Of a DNA stretch of 45,122 nt, positions 32,190-39,630 are shown in pieces. The translations under genes and the position numbers were made by a program. How positions within the stretch are numbered: the first letter of the stretch is position 1; every line of letters begins with the position of its first letter. The stretch comes from a virus (lineage: Duplodnaviria > Caudoviricetes), in the IMG/VR virus record IMGVR_UViG_3300011334_000276, positions 1-45,122 of that record; one strand, given 5' to 3'. Below the pieces are notes generated by a model. The model worked only from the letters and a program-made list of their open reading frames with translations. It had not been told where the DNA came from and made no database searches.

Positions 32190-33794
32190 ATGGACGCTAA
32201 AAGCCTACGCGAGGCAATGAAGGAGAAGGCCAAGCGCCTCTCTGGAGCCACTTCGGAAAAAGTTGACGCATCGACGTTCACCCCAGCGGAACCGTTGAAC
32301 GCAGACGTGAAGACGGGCGCTCGCCCCGTATCGCGCCGCGCATTCAAGGTCGGCGGCAAGGTTCAAGGCGCTGAAGCCATGAGCCACGCTGGCCGCACCC
32401 CGCGCAAGTCGGGTGGCAAGGCTGAATATGCCAACGCATTGGTCAATCGTAACGTCAAGGATGCCAACGAAGAGCGCGAAGGCAAGAAGCATGTTGGCGG
32501 CTTCAAGAAGGGTGGCCGTACTGGCAAAATGGACGGCGGTGAAATGAGCCGTCCGATGCCACGCCCATCGCGCGAGATGATGGACGAGATGGGGATTTCC
32601 CCCATAACCACGATGGCCACGTCCCCACGACCAAAGCCCCGCCCATCGCCTGAGCGGATGCGGGAGATCATGGATGCAGTTCAAACCCGACAGGGCATAG
32701 ACATGCTTGATCGTGCTGCCAAATATGGCGATGGTCAGAAGAATGGCGGCAAGATCGAAAGCAACGGCTATGCCCGTGGCGGCAGCAAGATGAAAAAGGC
32801 TGCTGAACGTGATATTGGCGAGATGATGGCGGAAGAAGAAATGCCATCCTACAAGGCAAAGAAAATTGGCCGCAAGGCTATGAAAGATATGCCGACAGCA
32901 GATATGCGCAAGAAAATGGGCGATGACCGCACCATGGAGCGTGGCGCTTTTATGCCGTCAATGCATGACGACCCGCAATTGAAGCGTGGCGGCAAGGCTG
33001 AAAAGTTTGAAGGCTCCGCCAAGGACGAGATGCAGGACAAGAAGTTGGCAGCCAAGCGCGGCATTTCCATGAAGGAATGGGAAGCATCCAAGGCCGACGA
33101 CAAACACGACAAACAAGAGTCGATGAAGGGCCTGAAGTCGGGTGGCCGCACCGCGAAGAAGGATGGCGGTGGCCTGTATGCCAACATCCACGCCAAGCGT
33201 GAGCGTGGCGAGAAGATGCGCGATGCTGGTGACGAGGGTGCGCCAAGCGCCAAGGACTTCAAGGATGCAGCCAAAACCGCCAAGAAAGACGGCGGCAAGG
33301 CCATGCACCACAAGGACTGCATGTGCAAGGCATGCGGTGGCGCTTCAATGTCGGAAGAGGGTGGCCGCACGGCCCGCAAGTCGGGCGGTAAGGTCGGCAA
33401 GAGCAACATCAGCATCAACATCTTCCCGCACAACGCCGAGAAGGCTGGCGCTATGCCTGTCCCGCCCGCTGGCATGCCACCCATGATGAAGCCACCAATG
33501 CCTATGCCAGCGCCTGCTCCTATGCCATCAGCGCCGCCTCCAGCCCACATGTCTATCCCACCAGGCCTACAGCAGGCTATGGCGGGCGCTGCTGGCGCTG
33601 GCCCAATGCCACCCGCTGGCGGTGCAATGCCTCCACCTATGATGAACCGCCCCCCAATGCCCGCACCCATGATGGGCCGCAAGGCAGGCGGCAGGGTTGC
33701 GTACCCGATCACTGGCGGCGCTGGTGGTGGACGCGCCCGCAAGGAAAAGGTCGATGCCTACGGCGAGAAGATGAACAAAGACCTCAAGAAATAA
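32190..33794 (+). CDS. low-complexity K/M/G/P-rich protein with repeated xxGG motifs (putative internal head protein)
   Basis: GAGG RBS; at least 13 motifs such as FKVGG, RKSGG, FKKGG; Pro/Met-rich C-terminal region. Confidence 0.8.
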   Translation: MDAKSLREAMKEKAKRLSGATSEKVDASTFTPAEPLNADVKTGARPVSRRAFKVGGKVQGAEAMSHAGRTPRKSGGKAEYANALVNRNVKDANEEREGKKHVGGFKKGGRTGKMDGGEMSRPMPRPSREMMDEMGISPITTMATSPRPKPRPSPERMREIMDAVQTRQGIDMLDRAAKYGDGQKNGGKIESNGYARGGSKMKKAAERDIGEMMAEEEMPSYKAKKIGRKAMKDMPTADMRKKMGDDRTMERGAFMPSMHDDPQLKRGGKAEKFEGSAKDEMQDKKLAAKRGISMKEWEASKADDKHDKQESMKGLKSGGRTAKKDGGGLYANIHAKRERGEKMRDAGDEGAPSAKDFKDAAKTAKKDGGKAMHHKDCMCKACGGASMSEEGGRTARKSGGKVGKSNISINIFPHNAEKAGAMPVPPAGMPPMMKPPMPMPAPAPMPSAPPPAHMSIPPGLQQAMAGAAGAGPMPPAGGAMPPPMMNRPPMPAPMMGRKAGGRVAYPITGGAGGGRARKEKVDAYGEKMNKDLKK

Positions 33795-33800
33795 ACCTGT

Positions 33801-33829
33801 GGGGCCAGCTAAACACTGGCCCCTCTCTT
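33801..33829 (+). terminator. probable terminator
   Basis: GGGGCCAG-CTAAACA-CTGGCCCC-TCTCTT. Confidence 0.6.
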
Positions 33830-33847
33830 CAAATATTAGGATGAGCC

Positions 33848-34054
33848 ATGATTACGACCGTGAGTACCGCCTTTGAGCGGGAACTTCTCAAATTCATTTC
33901 AGAGCGCAAGGCGGAGATTGTCAGCAACATGGCTGGCGGGCTTGCTATAAAGACTATTGAGGAATATCGTGAGGCGGTCGGAAAGATTGCCGCATTCAAC
34001 GAGGTCATCTCGATGTGCGATGAAGTATCCGCTACTATTAACAAAACCATGTAA
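33848..34054 (+). CDS. conserved small head-module protein
   Basis: L/M..G....EEYR..VG.I pattern typical of the gene preceding phage GroES. Confidence 0.75.
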   Translation: MITTVSTAFERELLKFISERKAEIVSNMAGGLAIKTIEEYREAVGKIAAFNEVISMCDEVSATINKTM

Positions 34055-34063
34055 GGATTAGCC

Positions 34064-34453
34064 ATGCCCCATATGCCCATGAGCCATGAGGAAGACCCCA
34101 AGCAAAAGCTGCTAGAGCAGCTTGGGGACATCTCTGACATTGAACTTTTTCACAACCAAGTGCTTTTGGCCGTGTATTTGCGGCCAGAGAAAACCAAATC
34201 GGGCCTGATTTTGACGCAGGGTCACCTCGATGAAGACCGTTACCAGTCGAAGGTCGGCCTGTTGATCAAGCGCGGGCCTCTCGCATTCGAGCAGGACGGA
34301 AATTGGTTCACTGGAATGACGTTCAATGACCACGACTGGCTCATTTTCCGCCCGTCTGACGGCTGGTCGATCACCGTCAACGGCGTTTTGTGCCGCATTT
34401 TTGATGACATCAGCATCAAAGGCCGCGCCCCCCACCCAGATTCCGTTTATTGA
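34064..34453 (+). CDS. GroES/Cpn10-like co-chaperonin
   Basis: NQVLL....PEKTKSGLIL, VG..IK.GPLAF, DW.IF, RI.DD..I. Confidence 0.85.
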   Translation: MPHMPMSHEEDPKQKLLEQLGDISDIELFHNQVLLAVYLRPEKTKSGLILTQGHLDEDRYQSKVGLLIKRGPLAFEQDGNWFTGMTFNDHDWLIFRPSDGWSITVNGVLCRIFDDISIKGRAPHPDSVY

Positions 34454-34465
34454 AAGTAAAAAACC

Positions 34466-35287
34466 ATGGATGAAGAAGAAATTGAAATTGTACTTGACGA
34501 TGCGGTTGAGACTGCGGTCGAAAAAGTCGAGGAAACGCGCGCCCCCGACATTCAGGAGTCAGTTCTTGAACTGAAACGGCAGTTGGCTGCCGAGCGAGAG
34601 GCCCGTGTTGCTGCCGAAAAGCGGGCGCACCATGCAAACAACGAAAAAGACGACACCGAAATCCAATTGGTGTCCAGCGCCATCGACAGTGTGTTGCGCG
34701 ACACTGAAATCCTCAAGAGCAATTACCAAATTGCTATGCAGACTCAGGATTTTGCCAAGGCGGCTGACATTCAGCAGCTTATGGGCGAGAAATCTGCGCA
34801 GTTGCAGCAGCTTCGCAACGGACTGGAGGCTATGAACTCCAAACCGAAGACCCCAGAGCCTCAATTTGTCCCCGCAGACCCCGTCGAGGCTTTTGCATCG
34901 CGCCTTTCGGCCACATCGGCAGACTGGGTGCGCCGCAATCCGCAATTCGTCACCGATCAGCGCCTGAATCGCAAGATGATCCGCGCGCATGAGGATGCGG
35001 TTGACGATGGCATCGCTGTGGACACGCCAGCATACTTTGCCGCCATTGAGGCGAAGCTTGGCGTGACCAAAACCACCGACACTGGCGACCAATACGCCGC
35101 AAAGGTCACCCAGCGCCGCGATGCCGCCCCAGCCGCAGCGCCAGTGAGCCGTGGCACAGGCACTGGCAGCAAGAACATTGTCAGGCTGTCCGCAGCGGAG
35201 CGTGAGGCGGCGCATGACATGGGCATGACCGAGAAGGATTACGCCACGCAGAAGATTGCACTTATCAAGGAAGGTAAACTCAAATGA
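34466..35287 (+). CDS. putative capsid scaffolding protein
   Basis: acidic N-terminus, coiled coil, W...NP.F, C-terminal VRLS..E...A..MGMT...YA..K. Confidence 0.7.
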   Translation: MDEEEIEIVLDDAVETAVEKVEETRAPDIQESVLELKRQLAAEREARVAAEKRAHHANNEKDDTEIQLVSSAIDSVLRDTEILKSNYQIAMQTQDFAKAADIQQLMGEKSAQLQQLRNGLEAMNSKPKTPEPQFVPADPVEAFASRLSATSADWVRRNPQFVTDQRLNRKMIRAHEDAVDDGIAVDTPAYFAAIEAKLGVTKTTDTGDQYAAKVTQRRDAAPAAAPVSRGTGTGSKNIVRLSAAEREAAHDMGMTEKDYATQKIALIKEGKLK

Positions 35288-35814
35288 GTGATGATGAATT
35301 TCAGAAAGTTACGAAAAGTGTACGCCCAAGCGTGAGGCCACAGCCTGTCGCAAAGGAACAGCCACGCGATGCGGCTGCCCGCGCCGCAGAACTTCGCAAT
35401 CACAGCGACACAGACAGCGGCAGCGACGAGTTCTTCGTGGAGCCAGGCATCATCCCCGATGGCTGGAGCTATGAGTGGAAAATGCGGACTGTTCTGGGCG
35501 CTGAAGACCCCGCCCACCAAGTGGCTCTACAGCGCAAGGGCTGGGAAATGGTGCCAGCCTCTCGTCACCCTGAGATGATGCCACTGGGGTACACAGGCAC
35601 CATGATCATCCGCAAGGGCATGGTTCTGATGGAGCGGCCACTGGTGATCACGCAGGAGGCGCGCGACATTGAAAATCGCCGCGCCCGCCTGCAAGTCCGC
35701 GCCAAGGAAGAGCAACTGTCTGCCGCGAAACCTGGTGAATTTGAGCGCGCCAACAAGGGTGAAAACTTGGCCCGCATCAAAAAGGGCTATGAGGCCATGC
35801 CAATCCCAGAGTGA
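35284..35814 (+). CDS. conserved head-module protein
   Basis: PDGWSYEW, GWE.V....HPE, G.VLMERP. Confidence 0.75.
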   Translation: MSDDEFQKVTKSVRPSVRPQPVAKEQPRDAAARAAELRNHSDTDSGSDEFFVEPGIIPDGWSYEWKMRTVLGAEDPAHQVALQRKGWEMVPASRHPEMMPLGYTGTMIIRKGMVLMERPLVITQEARDIENRRARLQVRAKEEQLSAAKPGEFERANKGENLARIKKGYEAMPIPE

Positions 35815-35825
35815 TCAAGTTCAAC

Positions 35826-35854
35826 GCCTTCGGCGTGTAATTTGCGCCGAAGGC
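35826..35854. repeat. 10-bp perfect inverted repeat (hairpin)
   Basis: GCCTTCGGCG-TGTAATTTG-CGCCGAAGGC. Confidence 0.8.
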
Positions 35855-35872
35855 ACCCCAATATTATGAATA

Positions 35873-36100
35873 ATGGAATTAAATATGGAACTCCAAGAGA
35901 GAATGACAAAGACCATTCTGGGTCAGTTGACGTGGGCCAATCCAGAGATGAACGCAAAGTGTGAGGATTGCCAGCACTTCAAGGGCGAGGTCGGCAAAGC
36001 ACCTCTGGGCAAGTGCGCGCTTGTGAAGGCGCACACAAAGAAGGCGGGCGCATCTTTTGATGGCAAGATTGCTATTGCCTGTTCAAAGTTTGAACGATAA
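35873..36100 (+). CDS. small four-Cys protein (HiPIP-like or Zn-binding)
   Basis: CEDC.HF...GKC.L...AC.KF. Confidence 0.7.
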   Translation: MELNMELQERMTKTILGQLTWANPEMNAKCEDCQHFKGEVGKAPLGKCALVKAHTKKAGASFDGKIAIACSKFER

Positions 36101-36134
36101 TAGTTGCAAGCGGCAAATGGTAAAGACAGCAAGA

Positions 36135-36261
36135 CCCCACCTGACGGGGGACAACAACGCCTGAGTGGAAATCTGCCCAGTATTGGGGATGTGCGGCGCA
36201 ACCGCTGAAAAGAGAAGCTCATGGTGGGGGGATGCCCCCTTAAAATTGCGTCAGGGCCGCA
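36135..36261 (+). ncRNA. candidate structured non-coding RNA
   Basis: nested long-range complementarities and internal hairpins in a non-coding gap. Confidence 0.4.
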
Positions 36262-36304
36262 CCCTTTACTTAAAACAAAAATAGATGTATGGTGTATTTA
36301 TCCA

Positions 36305-36382
36305 GCCCCTCGGTGGGGCAGGCTCATCACCCCCTTGGTCATAAATCGCCTCGGTGCGCGAAATAGGCCTCCTGTAAAGGAG
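36305..36382 (+). promoter_or_regulatory. structured 5' leader of the capsid operon
   Basis: two CCTCGGTG-loop hairpins; CTCCT-GTAA-AGGAG hairpin covers the SD sequence. Confidence 0.55.
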
Positions 36383-36390
36383 ATTTCCGC

Positions 36391-37344
36391 ATGGCAAATA
36401 CGTTTGCGCCTATCGGTTTCGCCCAGTATTCAGGCGCTGGATCGGCTCCAACCTACGAGCAGACCATCGCCTCGATTGCATCGGGCAATACGACCCCAAT
36501 TTTCTTCAACGACCCCGTGATGCAGGCCACCAACGCCACTGGCGTAGGCACTGGCTACATCACCCAAGCGAGCGGCCCAATCACCCTGACCGTAGCTGCT
36601 ACGGGTATCGTTACTGCGGCCACTGGCGCAATGACGATCACGTTCACCGCGATCTCGTCAAGCACCGCAAACATCCCAACCTTCGCATCGACCAACTGGG
36701 CAGCCCCAGTGGGTTCCGTTGTGGTTGTGACCAACGCCACTGGCGTTCCAAACGGTGTCTTCACGGTGACCTCGGCCACCTCGACCACTGTCGTGGTTCA
36801 AAGCACCACCGCCACCGCCGCGACCTCGTCGGCCTCGACCCCCGTGGTCACCGTTTACATCCCCGTGGCTGGCGTGTTCACTGGCTGTAAGTACCTGTCG
36901 GTATCGCAGAAACGCACCGTCTGGTCGAACTACTGGCCTGGCTCGGACGCTTCGACCGATGTATATGCCTACGTCATCACCGACCCGAATGCCCGCTTCA
37001 CCGTGCAGACTGGTAACTCGAACACCACGGCGACCGCTGTCGGCCAAGCCAACGTGGGCGAGAACATCGGCTTCAACTGGCAAGATAGCACTGCAACGGG
37101 CGAAACGAATGGCCGTACCTCGACTGGTATTTCCACCATGTTCGCTGACCAATTCACCCTGTCCTCGACTGGTGTATTGGGCGCAAACGCTGCATTGCCG
37201 TTCCGCATCATCGCGCTCGCCAACTTCACGCCTGGCCAAACCTCGCCACTGGCTGGGATCAACGGCAATGACGTTACGAGCGCGTACAACGAGATCATCG
37301 TTGGGTTCAACAATGCAATGCCTCGCAACTTTGCTGGCGTGTAA
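36391..37344 (+). CDS. putative minor capsid/decoration protein with Thr-rich insertion
   Basis: MAN..AP.GF, IF..DPV, GVF.GC.Y, YV..DP...F.VQ, LPFRI; directly upstream of MCP. Confidence 0.7.
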   Translation: MANTFAPIGFAQYSGAGSAPTYEQTIASIASGNTTPIFFNDPVMQATNATGVGTGYITQASGPITLTVAATGIVTAATGAMTITFTAISSSTANIPTFASTNWAAPVGSVVVVTNATGVPNGVFTVTSATSTTVVVQSTTATAATSSASTPVVTVYIPVAGVFTGCKYLSVSQKRTVWSNYWPGSDASTDVYAYVITDPNARFTVQTGNSNTTATAVGQANVGENIGFNWQDSTATGETNGRTSTGISTMFADQFTLSSTGVLGANAALPFRIIALANFTPGQTSPLAGINGNDVTSAYNEIIVGFNNAMPRNFAGV

Positions 37345-37355
37345 GGAGATAGAAA

Positions 37356-38267
37356 ATGGCTGTCAATCTTTCAGCAATCAAAGACCTTCTCCTGCCAGGC
37401 TTGCGTGGTATTGAAGGCAAGTACGAGATGATCCCATCTCAGTACGATAAAATCTTCACGAAGCACAACTCAAAGATGGCGCTTGAGCGCACCGCAGAAA
37501 TGCGCTTCTTGGGCTTCGCGCAGTTGAAAACCGAAGGCGGCCAAACCGCATTCGACAACGGCGCTGGTGAGCGTTTTATCTACAACCAAGAGCATACGGA
37601 AATCGGCTTGGGCTACGCGATCACTCGCAAGGCCATTGACGACAACCTGTATAAAACGCAGTTTGCACCCTCGAACCTCGGCTTGGTGGAATCGTTCCAG
37701 CAGACCAAGGAAATCTACGGCGCGAACATCCTGAACACCGCAACCACCTATAACGGTGCAGTCGGCGGTGACGGCGTGGCTCTGATCTCGACCTCGCACC
37801 CAATCGATGGTGGCACGGTCGCAAACCGCCCCACGACCGATGTGGAACTGAACGAGGCAACCCTGCTGAACGGCATGATCTCGATCCGTACCAACTTCCG
37901 CGATCAGGCTGGCCTGAAGGTCTTCGCTCGTGGCCGCAAGTTGATTGTCCCGCCCCAACTGGAACCAGTCGCAATTCGTCTGACGAAGACCGAACTGCGC
38001 CCAGGCACAGCGGACAACGATGTCAACGCGATCATGTCCACCGCTGGCGGCCTGCCAGAGGGCTACATGGTCAACGACTTCTTGACCTCGACTGGCGCAT
38101 GGTTCTTGCTGACCAACATCGACGGCCTGTCCTACATGGAGCGGGTAAAGTTCGAGACGGACATGCAGGTGGACTTCGTGACGGATAACTTGCTTGTAAA
38201 AGGATATGAGCGTTACTCGTTCGGGTACTACAACTGGCGCTCGATCTTCGGCTCGTTCCCAACCTAA
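37356..38267 (+). CDS. major capsid protein (HK97 fold)
   Basis: LLPGL, K.EG, LG.AIT..AI.DNLY, GGDGVAL....HP, LIVP..L, DND.NA, AWFL, RYSFG. Confidence 0.92.
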   Translation: MAVNLSAIKDLLLPGLRGIEGKYEMIPSQYDKIFTKHNSKMALERTAEMRFLGFAQLKTEGGQTAFDNGAGERFIYNQEHTEIGLGYAITRKAIDDNLYKTQFAPSNLGLVESFQQTKEIYGANILNTATTYNGAVGGDGVALISTSHPIDGGTVANRPTTDVELNEATLLNGMISIRTNFRDQAGLKVFARGRKLIVPPQLEPVAIRLTKTELRPGTADNDVNAIMSTAGGLPEGYMVNDFLTSTGAWFLLTNIDGLSYMERVKFETDMQVDFVTDNLLVKGYERYSFGYYNWRSIFGSFPT

Positions 38268-38276
38268 GCGAAAACT

Positions 38277-38298
38277 GGAGGGGGTTTCGGCCCCCTCC
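38277..38298 (+). terminator. GC-rich hairpin after MCP (terminator or stability element; no T tract)
   Basis: GGAGGGGGT-TTCG-GCCCCCTCC. Confidence 0.6.
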
Positions 38299-38303
38299 GT
38301 CAT

Positions 38304-38377
38304 CTAGGATCAATCGGACGATCTGACCGCCCTAGCGGACTTTGCACAGACAGGCCGTCCATATCGTGCAAAAGGAG
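38304..38377 (+). ncRNA. candidate pseudoknotted cis-regulatory RNA
   Basis: CTAGG/CCTAG, CCG/CGG, GGACGATCTG/CAGGCCGTCC, TTTGCAC/GTGCAAA interleaved and abutting AGGAG. Confidence 0.5.
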
Positions 38378-38383
38378 CCTCAC

Positions 38384-38836
38384 AGGGGCAAGACTACTGT
38401 CACTGGCCCGATTCGCGCGGGCAATATTCTAAACACCTCTGGCACCACCCTCGGCCAAGACGTTAAAAACGTTGGCTCGGTTGTCATGGTTCAGGCTTAC
38501 CCAATCACCCAAGCCCTGACTGCGACCGCGCTGGCAACCACCATTGTGCTGCCCGCAAACAGCCACATCCTGAACATCCAAATGCTGAACACCACAGCGT
38601 GGGATGCGACCAACACCCTGAGCGTTGGCACATCGTCAACCGCAACCGAGCTTGTCGCCCTGACCGCGATGACCGCTGGCCTTATTGGCCTTAACCCAGG
38701 CACGGATGCCACGCGCACCGCGAATTGGGATGACACTGGCACCACCGACAAGCGCATCTGGGTCAAGTCGGCCAACACTGGCGCAGGCGTTGGCACCATC
38801 ACTGTTCGTTACATCCAAGCGCACGATCTCGCATAA
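38384..38836 (+). CDS. putative virion structural protein (AGG at the expected start position)
   Basis: AGGAG-N6-AGG GGC AAG ACT ACT GTC ACT GGC CCG; beta-rich, LPANS.I..I, G...ITVRY. Confidence 0.75.
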   Translation, partial: RGKTTVTGPIRAGNILNTSGTTLGQDVKNVGSVVMVQAYPITQALTATALATTIVLPANSHILNIQMLNTTAWDATNTLSVGTSSTATELVALTAMTAGLIGLNPGTDATRTANWDDTGTTDKRIWVKSANTGAGVGTITVRYIQAHDLA

Positions 38837-39024
38837 TGGAAAACGGCATCCGCGTTGGGAACAAAAAACCCTCGATGACCGTCGATAAATCGGTCGATGT
38901 GGGCAAGCCTTCGGTTACCGAAGACTTCACCCCGCACAAGCCCACTGGAAGCCGCACCGTAATGGGTGGACAGGCAGTACATGGTATGCCACTGATGTCT
39001 GCGGCTGCGGCCAAGGCAAAGTAA
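38836..39024 (+). CDS. small hypothetical protein
   Basis: TAATG coupling; ends P.MSAA. Confidence 0.65.
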   Translation: MENGIRVGNKKPSMTVDKSVDVGKPSVTEDFTPHKPTGSRTVMGGQAVHGMPLMSAAAAKAK

Positions 39025-39067
39025 CAGGGGGGCCTCACGGCCCCTCAACCCCATCTAGGAGACAAGT

Positions 39068-39376
39068 ATGACCCCCGTCACAATCTCAAAAACTGGCACT
39101 GGGCGGAGCGCGGTCATTGCGTCTGACAGTTTCCAAAACCCCTTCAATGTCGGCATTGTCGCCGTGGTGTCTGGCACGGCCACGTTCAACATTGAAATCT
39201 CAATGGATGACCCGTCAGTGGTGACCCCATCTGTGTGGGCTGTTGACGCTGGATTCTCGGCCAAAACCGCATCCACCAATGGCTCGATCACCGTGCCTCA
39301 CCACGCCCTGTCCATCAACATCACCTCTGGCTCTGGCACCGTCACAGCCTATGTGGTTCAGGCGGGCATTCGGTAA
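39068..39376 (+). CDS. putative virion structural protein
   Basis: AGGAG RBS; PFNVG....V.G...F.IE...DD, G.G.V....VQAG. Confidence 0.75.
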   Translation: MTPVTISKTGTGRSAVIASDSFQNPFNVGIVAVVSGTATFNIEISMDDPSVVTPSVWAVDAGFSAKTASTNGSITVPHHALSINITSGSGTVTAYVVQAGIR

Positions 39377-39627
39377 TGGCAAAATCGCCCGCATGGACAC
39401 GCAAGGAAGGCCAAGACCCCAAGGGTGGCCTCAACGCCAAGGGGCGCGCATCAGCCAAGGCGCAGGGGATGAACTTGAAGCCCCCAGCGCCGAACCCAAA
39501 AACTGAAAAGGACGCTGGGCGCAAGAAGTCATTCTGTGCTAGAATGTCTGGCATGGAAGGCCCCATGAAGGACGAGACGGGAAAGCCAACCCGCAAGGCG
39601 CTCTCCCTCAAAGCATGGAAGTGTTAA
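39376..39627 (+). CDS. basic conserved phage protein (DUF6321-like)
   Basis: KSPAW.RKEG..P.GGLNAKGRAS, R.KSFCARM.G, SL.AW.C. Confidence 0.8.
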   Translation: MAKSPAWTRKEGQDPKGGLNAKGRASAKAQGMNLKPPAPNPKTEKDAGRKKSFCARMSGMEGPMKDETGKPTRKALSLKAWKC

Positions 39628-39630
39628 AAA

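Noticed and set aside
36135-36275. Hammerhead, pistol, SAM or glycine riboswitch, or tmRNA identity for the RNA candidate
   Set aside because: Only fragments resemble the consensus cores (no CUGANGA with matching GAAA stems, no tRNA-like domain), so it is left unassigned.
36221-36520. 99-aa ORF overlapping the capsid-operon leader
   Set aside because: No convincing RBS or protein-like composition; overlaps the real gene starting at 36391 out of frame.
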